DNA from: Trichinella spiralis
Lineage: Eukaryota
Length of the DNA stretch: 62,512 nucleotides
NCBI RefSeq assembly: GCF_000181795.1
Contig: NW_003526941.1
Coordinates: 4,491,218 to 4,553,729, forward strand
Direction: 5' to 3'
Shown in pieces: positions 25,973 to 38,696 of this stretch; positions within the stretch are counted from its first letter, which is position 1; every line of letters starts with the position of its first letter. A model generated the notes under the pieces. The model saw nothing but the letters and a program-made list of their open reading frames with translations. It was not told where the DNA came from and made no database searches. A program made the position numbers and the translations under genes.

Positions 25973-27241
25973 TTCTTATCTACTCTACAACAATTCAATA
26001 AATGACAATGCAATAAAAATTCTGTTCTTCAAAAAACCAATTACAGTTTAATAGAAATCTCGTATACAATATTAACTTGATTTTACTTAAATTACAGTAC
26101 TCCATGATTATATTTTATCGTTGTAATGAAATACGTTAAATATTACATATATTCACATTCAACTTATATTTAAATTAACTAATTAATTAATCAACTAATC
26201 AACATATATTCAAAATTATTACAATTTACTGACGTTCAATCACATAATGAAATACACGAACATCATTTTCAGCGAAAACAATCTAGATTGTTAATTCAAA
26301 TGATGTTGTTTTAATGAATAAACAATAATATTGCAATGCTCAAATTTTCTATAAAATTACAACGAAAAAAAATTTCACATATCTTTCTTCCAACACCCTT
26401 GAAAAAAAAACAATTCACAGAAACAGAAACACTAATCTACATTTGCAGATGAATGCATCGGCAGCTCCAGCTGACAAGGCATTGAAATGCCATGACTGAT
26501 GACAATTGTTGGTTTGGAATGAAATCGTTACGCTTCAAGCATATTATTGTCGCTCTCTCTCTCTCTCTGCAATTTGTCTAGTCAATAAAGAAAGCAGGAC
26601 TAATTTGTCATTTTAAAAATAGTACAACGGTATAATTTCGAAAAGATAATAACAAATCGCCTTGAAAATTTCCCTTTCTAAATTGTCTTATTCCCAAGAA
26701 AACGCGACCACTTCATTCCACCACAACTGGTTGTAAAGGAAAATTGAAACTGTGTTTCACCGTTTTTTTCCCAACGTTATTCTTTTATATTTGCACAAGT
26801 AATTCACGAACAAAAAAGATCAACTAAGAGCAAATTAACAATTGACAAAATTCATAGCAACATTTAAACATTATCCAGTACGGTAGATGTTAATCAAAGA
26901 AAAAAGCTACACAATTATAACATACAGAAAAAAAATATATATATTAATAATAACCAATTTATTATGTTTCTTAATGAAAATACTAGTCATCTGCATACAG
27001 TGAAATCGAGAAATGAAAAATATCCAATCATCTATCCGTTTATTGTCAACATTTTAAACTGCTTCTTCTTCTTCTTCTACCAGTGTCAAATACAGGAACA
27101 ATCAACTGGTATTTTTTAGCAGCAGTGCTATCTATCTTTGAGACCGGCGGCAATGCAATGTTGCTTGGCATTCCAGCTGCAGCCGGCCTCGGCCCAATTC
27201 ACCAGTGGAAAACATTCAGAGCGCAACCCGTTTGAATTTGC

Positions 27242-27249
27242 TATTTAAA
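27242..27249 (+). promoter_or_regulatory. TATA-like box (TATTTAAA) of the collagen gene
   Basis: About 45 bp upstream of the collagen ATG; support is positional only. Confidence 0.45.
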
Positions 27250-27291
27250 GTCAGCAGAAGTGAGAGAGAATTTCAAATTTTGTCGCCAGTG

Positions 27292-28167
27292 ATGGAAATA
27301 GACGGTCGAGAAAAAGCGTACCGTTTCATAGCTTGTTCGGCGGTGGCGTTCAGCGTGATCGCGATCACGTCGGTCTGCATCACGCTGCCCATGCTTTACA
27401 ATTATGTTCGTTTTGTGGAAGATCAAGTCCAGGAAGAGTTGCAACTCTGCCAGGATACTGCCCACGATTTCATACAAGAATTCCGCGAACACAACGCCCG
27501 AAAAGTCGCCACCCAATTCAAAGGCATAGTCAAGAGAGAAATCCCGCCCGAATGTCGAGACTGCTGCCTGCCCGGACTGCCCGGCCCTCCGGGTGTTCCT
27601 GGAAAAAATGGACGCCCAGGACGACCAGGTATGCCTGGCCCGCCCGGCTTCCCGGGACTACCACCGCCTGAAATTTGCATCATCGCGGCACCACCACCGT
27701 GCAAGCCTTGCCCGAGAGGCGAACCTGGACCGCCGGGTCCACCTGGCGAACCCGGAGATCCTGGACCGAGCGGCCCACACGGACCACCCGGTAAGGATGG
27801 GCTCAACGGTCCAGTCGGACCTGAAGGTAAACCCGGAGCGCCTGGACCACGCGGTCCACCTGGCCAAAAAGGTACCCCAGGTATTCCAGCGTCGAACATC
27901 CCGGCCGTGCCAGGAGATCCAGGTCCGCGAGGTCCGCAGGGTCCACCAGGACCACCGGGTCAAGCGGGCAAACCCGGAGCCGACGGTCTTCCAGGTGCTC
28001 AAGGACCACCAGGCATCATGGGTCCGCTTGGTCCACCAGGACCAGACGGAACTCCAGGTGCCAAAGGTCCGCCAGGTCCAAAAGGCCCACCTGGAGAGAA
28101 AGGTATCTGCCCGAAATACTGCGCTCTGGATGGAGGCGTTTTCTTCTCAGACGGAACTCGGCGCTAA
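27292..28167 (+). CDS. Nematode cuticle collagen (dpy-13/col-1-like group), intronless
   Basis: Cuticle-collagen N-terminal domain ([31 protein letters not shown]), dibasic VKR processing site, CxxCC, interrupted Gly-X-Y repeats and C-terminal [21 protein letters not shown]. Confidence 0.96.
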   Translation: MEIDGREKAYRFIACSAVAFSVIAITSVCITLPMLYNYVRFVEDQVQEELQLCQDTAHDFIQEFREHNARKVATQFKGIVKREIPPECRDCCLPGLPGPPGVPGKNGRPGRPGMPGPPGFPGLPPPEICIIAAPPPCKPCPRGEPGPPGPPGEPGDPGPSGPHGPPGKDGLNGPVGPEGKPGAPGPRGPPGQKGTPGIPASNIPAVPGDPGPRGPQGPPGPPGQAGKPGADGLPGAQGPPGIMGPLGPPGPDGTPGAKGPPGPKGPPGEKGICPKYCALDGGVFFSDGTRR

Positions 28168-29694
28168 TAGCAACGCCTTTCCGCGTCTACTTTTCCACCA
28201 TCACGTTTGCTCCATCTTTCTCCTTTTTCATTATTTTTTCTCACTCAGCATTCAACAACAACAAAACATTCGACACTTGAAACTACCATCCCAACCAAAC
28301 AATATAATTAGACCTTTTCTTTCTTTGAACTTTTCGAAAATGTTTCGACTATCCAACTTCAACCGAATGCTGTTTTCAGAGAAGTAAAGTATTCAGTATT
28401 CTCATGCAAATTTTTTGTTTTTATTTGTCACATAAAACGAGAAAAAGAAACTTCCACGCCAAAGGCAACATCAACTTGAGTCGTTTAGAATAGAAAAAAG
28501 CAAATTTCAATTAAACTAGCAGTTTAACGGTTTTTGTCCAGTTTCCACAGCAGTTTGTAAGTAAAAATTAAAAATAAATGAAACCGAAAAAATATAAACA
28601 AAATAGAAATTAACTGATTAATTAAAGCAAAAAATGCATTCTGAATATACTGCAAAAATTTAGCTTTTGTTAAGAATTATTCGAAAGGGAAATTTCTAAA
28701 ATCCTTCGACTTGTTCAAATACATAGTAAAACGCAAACTTAATCGAATCAAATCGACAATACAAACTGTTATAGATTGCAATAGAGTTTACAGATTAATA
28801 AAGTATATATATATATATATAGCATGATGTTATCACAAAAACAAGAAAAACAACACTCTTTCTTACATTCAACTATACACCACAGCCAGCATACGAGAAG
28901 CTCTGAATTTGAAAACTGAACAAAATAAAACTGAACAAAATTTGAGAAATTTTCTAATTAAAACACCCATTTTTTTAATCAATTCCTTTCATTTGAATTA
29001 GTTAAACACGTCAATGATTACTAAGGATGAAAAAAATATGCGAAAACACGAAACTACCATTTATTATGATTAACGTGAAGATAAATTAATTCATAACATG
29101 CACTACTTACCAAATTTTCAACCGAAAACAACCAAAAACATCACATACGCATTTCAATTTCTAAATCTTCGATTTCACATGGTATCTAAAAAAAATTAGG
29201 CACAATTATTCACTTTTGTACATGACAACACATCTGCAATATATTTAATAAAAAATTATTGAACATTATATACAATATAAATTGTTTTCTATATAAATCT
29301 TCGAATAATAAAGCAAAGCTTTAAAAATAGAACTAATAGAACTAACTTTTAGAAAAAAAAGTACTGATAAAAATATATCAAGCACGACAACGTGTACTTT
29401 GGGCTAAAATTATAATGTGGAAAATTTTATAATTGAATAATTATCGACTTGTTCAATTAAATAAGCTGATAATTTTGGTTTTCGTTTAATAATAATTAAT
29501 TGAACACTTGTATTAATCACGATAATCCATCGATCCACAGACCACAGTTGCAATGCTACAGTTAAATTTTACTTGATGCTTAATACTGTAACTACAGTAG
29601 ACTTATTTAATCCGCGCTCAATGGATTTTAAAACTGAACAGTGATTGATCAATTTCGTGTAGAGCATTTTCAGTAAAGAAAAAAAAAGAAAAAA

Positions 29695-30544
29695 ATGTCT
29701 TATTCCATAAATGGTATCAATATTTTCTTTCGACGCACAACGGGCAAATCCATTGCAAACCTGTAAACATGCATATTATTATTATGTGTTGATGATTTTG
29801 CAATCTAAGAGAGATCAGTTTCAGTTGTGTTTCCGGTCGCAGATTCACCGAAAGTAAAACAATTGCAAAAATTGTTTCAGACAAAGAAGATGCTCAACAA
29901 AAAGATGTGACAGCTTTCGTAGAAAATCACACGGCAACGTTGCCAACGGTCGAAACTGATGTTAGCGTATCTTCGGTGGGCTTGGTTAACGGAGTGCCAG
30001 AAAAGCATATAAAAACAAGACGTGCAAGAATCTTCATGCCAGCCAAAGCTGCTCCTCAAAGTGGCACCGACAACATCCACGTTTGGAAAATTGAATTCGA
30101 CACGCGCGATCGGTGGGAAAGTCGATTCATCGGTTGGTGCTCCAAGTAAATTGCTCGTACAATTTTTCCTTTGCAATTTAAAATTTCAACTTTCGAAAAT
30201 TTAGTTCTGATCCTCTGAGCAACATTTCCATGGCCATGGAATTCGCCACGTCCGACGATGCAGTGGCATTTTGCATAAAAAACGGTTTGAAATCAATCCG
30301 ATATTATTGTTTCATAAATGATAATCAATAACTTATTCCACCGAACGTACTGATTGAACTGTTTAATTTAATTTATTTTTCATATCATTTATGAATTTTC
30401 CTTTTAAAAACAACAAAAAATAATAGCAGTCAGTTTTCAGGTTGGGAATACGATGTTTTTCAACCGCAGAAGATTGGAATGAAACCGAAATCATATGCTG
30501 AAAATTTCTCGTGGAACAAGAGAACAAGAATTACACAAAAATAG
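29695..30544 (+). CDS. NDUFS4: NADH:ubiquinone oxidoreductase subunit S4 (lpd-5-like), 4 exons
   Basis: GVPEKHIKTRRARIFMPAKAAPQSG..WKIEFDTRDRWESRFIGW..SDPLSN..F...DAVAFC.KNGWEY...KPKSYAENFSWNKRTRITQK*. Basic N-terminal presequence-like region. Confidence 0.93.
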
Positions 30545-30747
30545 ATTTAATTTCATTGTAAATAAAAATGGAAATTTTTGTTTAAAACTCAAGTAAAACG
30601 TTTTTAAAAGTGTTCATTTTCTATGGTCAGTTTTGTGTGTATGGTTGTTTTCCAAAAATTTCCGTCTTTTATTTTCAAACTCAGTAGTACCATTTACTAT
30701 TCGTTTGATTGCTATGTTTCAGTATCGTTTTTTTTAACTGCATAATC

Positions 30748-31405
30748 ATGTCTATGGTAACAGCAACGGACAGTACACAGCGTCAGCCGACGACAACAAC
30801 AACAACACTGAATCCGTCTACAATACAACAAGTACATGCTTGGGATTTCACTTGAATGCTTTTTTTATGAGAATAATTTAATTCGCAGATTTTGGATGAG
30901 AATGCTCAATTGATAAGAGCAATTATGGAATGTCAAGATAAAAACAGAATGCAGGACGCCTTTCAGTAAATATGTTTGAAATTATAAGTTGAAAATGAAT
31001 TTTTATTTAAAATTTATTTATTTATTTAGATATCAGCAAATACTGCATCGTAATTTGATACATTTGACCCAAGCGAACGAACAGCATTCTGATTTGCTAG
31101 CAGAATTGCAGGCACCGTTTGAAAATTGTAATGAAGTTAGTAACGTGCAAGCCAACTATAACCCGGTCGCCTACGATTCGGAGAAATTTTTGCAAGCGGA
31201 AAATATGGAAGCCAAGCTGAAACGAAGTACTACTATTTTAGCACCTACATTTGGATTGATAATTTCCATATTTATGTTTATATAATATGCATATTGTTTT
31301 CTTTAAGATGTACAATACGATATGAATGGACAAGAGATGTTAAGAGCACCATCTACTCCAGCTTATGCAATGAACGCACAACATCAGAATCAATTTCTAC
31401 AACAT

Positions 31406-31437
<32 letters not shown>

Positions 31438-32043
31438 GCAGCAGCAGCAACAGCAGCAACAGCAACAACAACAACAACAACCACCACAACCACAGCAAAA
31501 TGTTTCAGTGCTGCAGCAACAACTGCAGAATCCACAAACTCAAATGATGATGCCCCAAGTAGGTCCGCATTACGTTGCCCAACAAATGCCGCAAATGTAT
31601 TACCAACCACAGCAGCCTAATCCACAACAATTTTGCCAAATACCAGTGAACAGACCGAATCAAGTGAGTACAGTGAAAATTATATAATATAAGTAGTAGT
31701 AGTAATTGGTTGAATAATAAATAAATAAATGTGTTGGTTTTTGAACAATTTTTAGTATCCCCCATCGCAACAGGTACCACAGCAGTTTGGTTATCATCAG
31801 AACAGTGCAGCCGATTTACCTCCTCCGGGTGGATATGTGCAGCAGCCTCCGCCGCCGCCGAGGCCATCTTTTGTCCAGCCGATGACTCCTCAACCGTACG
31901 AATTGCAACAGCCAATGATGCAGCGTCCCCCGGAAGGGATTCCTATGGGCCCTTACACGAATTCTCCATATCAAGCTTATGGACCTCCTCCACCTGCTGG
32001 CCATGGTCAGATGATGTATGCACCCGAAGGGACTGAAATGTGA
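30748..32043 (+). CDS. SS18: SS18/SS18L1 (SYT/CREST) family BAF-complex subunit, 5 exons
   Basis: SNH domain IQQILDENAQLIRAIMECQ...YQQILHRNLIHL across exons 1-3, followed by a Q/P/G/Y-rich tail. Splice phases are compatible. Confidence 0.85.
31400..31480 (+). repeat. CAA/CAG trinucleotide tract encoding poly-Gln in SS18
   Basis: Seen directly in the sequence. Confidence 0.9.
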
Positions 32044-35000
32044 TTCTTTCGACAGTTCACAACATGATTTACCTGAATTTATTATAATATTTATTATTTG
32101 TCCATTTTATCTTTTTATGGTTTTTTAATCAGTTTTATTGTGTTCGTCGTTGTGTGCTTGTAGTTAGTTTATCAGTATAGTCTTTAAAAGGTTATAAAGT
32201 AATATAAATTGCAAACGTGAAATATGCTTTATTAGTATTACTGTTATGGTGACAATGAATTTATCTGCAATCACTGTTGAACTGATCTGTGATATGAGAA
32301 ATTGATTTCTCTCATTGCTTGTGCTAACACTTCGTAACATTACTTTGTTCACTTATGAATTTGTGAAAGAAGGCAGTAAAAATTTTGCTTCTCTAAGTTG
32401 CAAATGCAATAGAAATGTCAAATTTATTACCACTATTATTATGATTAATATTTCATTATTGCACTTTACAAAATAAAAATTACTGTTCAAATTAAAATAA
32501 TTGGAAACAAAATGAGAAAAAGCATTATCACGACTTGCACATAAAACTGCACGAAATAAATAAATAAATAAATAACGCCACGCTTTCATTGAAGAAAGGA
32601 ACCGAATAATTATTAATTTCAATAACAGCTACACAACAGGGTAAAGCATGGAGTGTAAAACAATAAATATTAAATAAAATTAAACTTCCTCTATTTTTGA
32701 ACTATTCGTGTGCTTAAAAAATCAATGCAGAAAGAAAAATGTAGTAATTTTAAAATAAAATCATTAATTAACATGATAAAAGTTATCATACGGATGAAAA
32801 AAATTATCTATTGAAAATACAGACGACGACGACGACAACAAACACGCACCCACACACAAATGCATAGAAACCCATGTATATATAATACAGGCATACAGAA
32901 AACAGACGTCGGACATACGTTATGGTGAAAAGTATCCCAAGAGACCAAAACAGAGCCGAAGAAATAAATAAAAATAATAAAACAAAGAACATGGGGAGAT
33001 GACATTTTTGATAATTTTACAACTGTATGGAGAGATATTCACAAAAGAAATGGGTCAGAATTCGAACAAAAGCAGTCGACCAGCAGCAACCGGACGTTAG
33101 CATTTTATTTTTACAACAGCTAACCAGCTCTTGGCGGTTAGCCGCTTCCGGCGGTCAGCGGTGAACAAATGACAACGACCAGGTCACCTTTCGGACGTGC
33201 ACTGCGGCCTGTCAGACGCTATTTTTGAAAGCATCACATCAAGAAGCGAATGAAATTTCCAAATTTAACCATTACGCAATACGGCTGAGATAGAGAGAGA
33301 GAGAGAACAAGAGCGAGAAAGAGCAATGAGTAATTAATTCAAATTAACAGTGATGAAAAAATGATGCCGCCCGTAAAGCCACCTGAAATGTTCCACACAA
33401 TTCGTTATTGCCTCTGTCAGAAAAGAATAATGAAAAAACACAACAACAAAACAAGAAAACACCGATCAATACTGCAATAGGAAAAGCTATGCATACTATG
33501 CTAGCGCAGCTAGGTCAAAGAAAGCTACGTAGGGGATGCAGACGTGAAAATTATTTTGCAACACTTCCCGGATGAGTGAGTGAAGGGCTGATTGTAATTA
33601 CTGCCATTGTAATGAAGGCCAGGCATCAACCTGCTGTGCGCTGTATCCTGGCATTGCTAGGTAAAACAAACTAGCTAGCAATTATTGGCAATCGACCACA
33701 CTAGCCATCAATTAACTTTGACCAGTAATCATGTGCAAAACCTCTCATCACCACTGTATCTGGTCAACATGTCCAAGCCTAGCAGCACAACTGTAAAGTA
33801 AAGCAAAACAGCAGCAACGACTACTTCCACTATTTGCATTTGCATCGAGTCGAGTCAATTAAATTCTGCCAACTGCATCACACCGCCAACTACGGTAAAT
33901 ATCCATCCTCTCCCGTCTCCTCTTTCACTCCTATTACTGATAATGACGATGATAATGCATCCCCTTTAACTGTTCAACTGCTGCTAACCAACGAAGTTGT
34001 AAAAAGCGAAATTTTTTCACCTCACTCAGGTAAGCTAATTAGCATTGCAAATTGTTTTTTTTTTTGCTTTCTGTTTTTGCATGTCACAACATCACCATTT
34101 AATTCATAATAAGCGAACTCGTTCAATGAAAGCTGCCCATATCCACTCAATAACAATCATTTTCATTTGCCTTACGATTGGTTTTTCCCGTTCGTTCGTT
34201 GGTTAATCTGTTCAAAAATATCAATGAATATTTCAAATTTTCAAAATGGTATTCCAATTTCAAATAGAAAAAAAAATAGCTCGAATTCATTCAATTCCAA
34301 TTTCAATATTCACAAGATGCGACATTGTTACGTTACAAATAAATTTCAAATCCACAATCACGCGTTCGACAAAAAAATGAAAAGAAAAAGATACAATAAT
34401 AACAATTGTAATGATTATCAAACAATGCTTTTGTTTCGTGACTGTAATAATTGAATATATTGCGTGAAAAATGGAATCAATAACATGTGGAAGTGATCGT
34501 ACATTAAATAAAAACCCAACACTGATGATATTTAAAAGTACTAATGTCGTAATTGTCATTTGTGTTATTTACAACGTTGCTACATTGACGATGCTGTTCT
34601 GATTCAGATGAATGAAAATTCATCACTGGTTACTGAGAACTGCACTAGAACCTGATCATCACAAACATCGCCTTTTCAATTTTCTGCTACTTTCAAATAC
34701 AAGTGATCGTTCGTTTCATTCTTTACAACGGTCTGTTTAACAGCGTTGAACATTACGATTATCAAGTTAATTAAATTAATTCAACTAGACGAATATTTTA
34801 AATTTATATCCGCTTGAAAACAAACAAATTATATTAATTCCATTACAACAAAAATATAATAATAATAATTGGATAATTTTTCGTGTGAACTAAAGAGAGA
34901 GGGAGGGAGGGAAGGAGGGAAAGAGGTTTTGAAAAGAGGAGGGGGGGCTGTTGGTAAGGAGAAAAAGGAAACGAAAGCGGGGCTTTTGCTTTCACGCCAG

Positions 35001-35858
35001 ACCGCTAGATTGCGGTTGGGCAAAGTGTGCAATGCACGGCGGTACCGGTTGGAAAAAGAAGTTATTTAGAACAAGAAAATTGGCCAAATTAAGAGAATAG
35101 GAACAAACGATTGTTGTCGAAAATGGCTGCAAATTGAAAAGCGACAAACAGACAGACAGACAGAAGAAGAACAAGACGAAAAGCAAGCAAACGTTGAAAG
35201 GTGAAACGGGCGGAATAAAGCGGACGACCAATATATTCTCACTTTGGGACGGACAGTGTCGAGACAGAAGTGGAGTTACGCAAAGTGTCCGAGAATGTGG
35301 AAAACCCGTCCCGTTGGTGGGAAAACGAGGTAACCGGAGCTGCACGACCGCCCCAAGCTATACCGTCACTGCTTTCGCTTGTCGATACGGGACGATAAAG
35401 TGACCAGCGTTGTCGACGCTGAGCCAAATTGGTTGTGCATTTTTGAGACTGCCAAGGGAAAAAAAGCAGAAGAAGAAGAAGTCAAAATTCGACAAAGGTA
35501 TCATACCAAGAAGAAGCCCAGTAGCCGACGACCTCTGACAATTGACTGCATATAGGTCGGAGAAGCTGCTAGAGAAAAGGGTCCAGTTGTTTTGTTCATT
35601 TGCTTTGGGCTGGAAGAAGCAACTGTTTATACACAACGACGACACATCGCACGACAAAATACACATTTTCCCCTTTTCGCACTATTTTTTTCGAATTCTC
35701 CGGACCAGCCAACCGGGGTCGACTCAGTCACTTCGCTTCAACTACCCCACACACCGCAGTCAAGTGCCATACATATATATTTTTTTTTCTACTCCACCAC
35801 CCACGACTTCAAGCTACGATAATCACTACCGCTATACCGCTACTGGTGCCGTATCAAA

Positions 35859-35912
35859 ATGGTGATCATGCTTAATGGAAGTCCAAATCACTACCATCCT
35901 CAGCTTACTCAG
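35859..35912 (+). CDS. Candidate alternative first coding exon of Pax2/5/8 (isoform A)
   Basis: MVIMLNGSPNHYHPQLTQ with donor CAG|GTACGC in phase 0, compatible with exon 41102-41234. Confidence 0.45.
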
Positions 35913-38596
35913 GTACGCAGTTAACAGCATACAAAAGATATATACAACATTGAATAGAATAATAATAATTTCTTTATTATTATTATTATTATTTGAATAA
36001 TTCATGAATTTATTACATGTTATCTTGTAAACCTTTCTCCAACAATTTACCAAATCGATGTGCGTGAAAAAGTAGACGGAGAAAACTTGCCGTGTAGAGA
36101 GAGAATAGACTTTTTTGACAACTTTCCTACCAAATCATCCAACATATGTTTCACGAAGCCCATGTTCACAGCTGACAATTTGTAATGATCAATTTGAACA
36201 GGCGTGTTTTTATTTTAAGCAATTTTTACAACTCTGCAGTGAAAAATACTTTCAGGCATAATTAACATTGTTAAAATAGTCAAATTTCCACCTCTCCTCA
36301 AATTAAATTATTCTTCTCATTGAAGAAGAGAAAAATAAATACAATCGTCGGTATTTTTTTATTTCTACACAAAATTTAGTAAAAATTGAAATGTTTTTTT
36401 TTCAACTTTTGTTCAATTAAATAATAATGATTTGAAAAAAATGGCAATCATCACTGAGAAGTATTGGCCAATTATTAAAATATACTAGTAATATACTCAT
36501 CATATTGAATTTCCATATTTTGAAAAAGTGTTATTCTGGTTATTCCAGTGAAAAATAGTCTGAAATTTTCAACTAGTGTGCTTGTTTGAAATTTTCAAAT
36601 CAAATTTTACTCTTTACAACTTCAAAATTCCACTTCTTCTCCACCCCAAATCCACAAATCGGTCAAGATAAAAAGTAAACAATCTCACAATAGCGTAATA
36701 ATTCTTCATAATTTAAAAATTTCAAAATCTCTTAATTACTTCAAGCTCTGTTTAAAGTAAGTCGACAAGTTTTTTTTTCTTCACAAACCCATCGATCATC
36801 GTGCTATTATTCAACGATGAGTTGCTGAAAACCCACTTATCACGTATTAAAACAGCAAATAATATGCTTCAAAAATTATTCATATTCAAGTACGATGAAA
36901 CTACATATTTGAACAGCTTTTAAAATGCCAGTTTTTGCTGTGCACTGTTTACACAAATCACAATTCTGTCGTGCGCATTATTTGAGCATTGTTGAAGCTT
37001 AGTTAGAAAAAGGATAAAAGTATCATCAACAAATATTATTCAAATTCGTACAATTTTGAAATTTTACACGTACAATATGAAAAAGAATTTCACACCGTAG
37101 CTAGCAATCACTGTAGCGTATAATTTGTATAAATGTATTTAATCATACGATGCAAGCACGTGCATATTAATTGACACGTTGTAATTTCAGAACGTTCTTG
37201 CATTATTTATCACTTTAGCAAATTTATTAACATTTTAGCAATGACTGATTGTGACTGATATTTATCAAATAATTCACAATAACAATAATCTGCATCTATA
37301 TAATAAAAATTCAAGAAAAAAAAAGAATTATTGTACATTTATTTACATTCTGAAATACATTTGCGTTCCACTTCAACTAGCTAATCATATGAATGCATGT
37401 ACATAAATAAGTAAGCATGCGTTTATGTCTTCCAGTCTTCTAACCCATTAAAATTAACAAATAAAATAAAATAAAATTGTTCAGTATTTGATAATTTTTC
37501 ACATATCCAATTATTCAAAAGATAAATAAAATAAATATGATAACTTGCTCAATGTGTATCTTCTTCTCATTAAATTACTCATTTTTGACACTACCTCAAA
37601 CAGAATTGTATTTTTGAATTATTTTCTATTCATTTCTTCATTTGCATTTGCATTCGTTTCAGGATAAAAATGTAGAACATTGTGTTTATTATTTATTACA
37701 TCGTTTTATATACTTCTGTCCCATTTTTACACCTGGTGCAATTAACAAATAGGACACTACTGAAGATCATACACTGCTTATAGTTAAATTACGAGATGCG
37801 TGTTTCATTTTTCATTTCCTAGCCGTTACATTTTCAACCTATAGCCTCTACAAAAACCTGGCAGAAAAAAAATATGTTGCTCATATTGGCCATAAAATTA
37901 CTCTGACAATACTGATGAAATAAAAAAAAAATACAATGTCATCTTCAGTAAAAAAAATCAAAATCTATTCCTTTCGATCTGCATTTCTACCTCAAGTAGG
38001 TGATAATATTGTCAGTAAATACACAAATGATGCAATTTCACCGTACACAAACACGTCATTTAAAAAAGTGCACCATGTTCTTTATTTTTTAATAATTAAA
38101 TATACATTCCAGACAAATAGTATATAACCTATTTATAAATTTTGTCCTATATTTTTTTACATTTCTCTCTAGCTGCAGTGCATTACTGTTCTCTCAATCT
38201 CTCTCAAGTCTCATCTACACCTTCATTCTATACGGCACTTTTATATTTGCCTAATTTTCAGATTACACGATGATAATGTTCAGAGGAAAACAAAAACAAT
38301 CGACATATATGCTTGCAAATTATAAGCATGAGGATAATTTCATATTAGAATTGTATACTGCAACATCCTATAGTAAATGAAGAAGAATACAGAATAGCTC
38401 GCAATTTCTTTTAAATATCAGATAATAATTACATTCGATAATCACCATTTAAAATTTTAAGTGAACATGGTGTAATAGGAAAAAAAGGAACAGTAAAAAT
38501 ACATACAATATATTATTACTGTTGTTGTTATAGAGGAGGAGAAAAATTTAAACAGGTGAAAGTTGTCGGTTACGAATTATTGCTATTTTCCTAAGG

Positions 38597-38696
38597 ATGA
38601 GGTCCATGCCTTCTTATAATATGACAACGAAGCTTCAATTGACACGATCTGAGCGGATGCCAAGCATTCGAATCGTAAATGTCCAAGGACAGCAAG
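38597..38696 (+). CDS. Candidate alternative first coding exon of Pax2/5/8 (isoform B)
   Basis: MRSMPSYNMTTKLQLTRSERMPSIRIVNVQGQQ with donor CAAG|GTCAGC in phase 1, giving G-HTGVNQL when joined to 45922. Confidence 0.4.

Noticed and set aside
27423..28387. Gly/Pro-rich antisense ORF and alternative-frame ORFs over the collagen gene
   Set aside because: Mirror products of Gly-X-Y codons.
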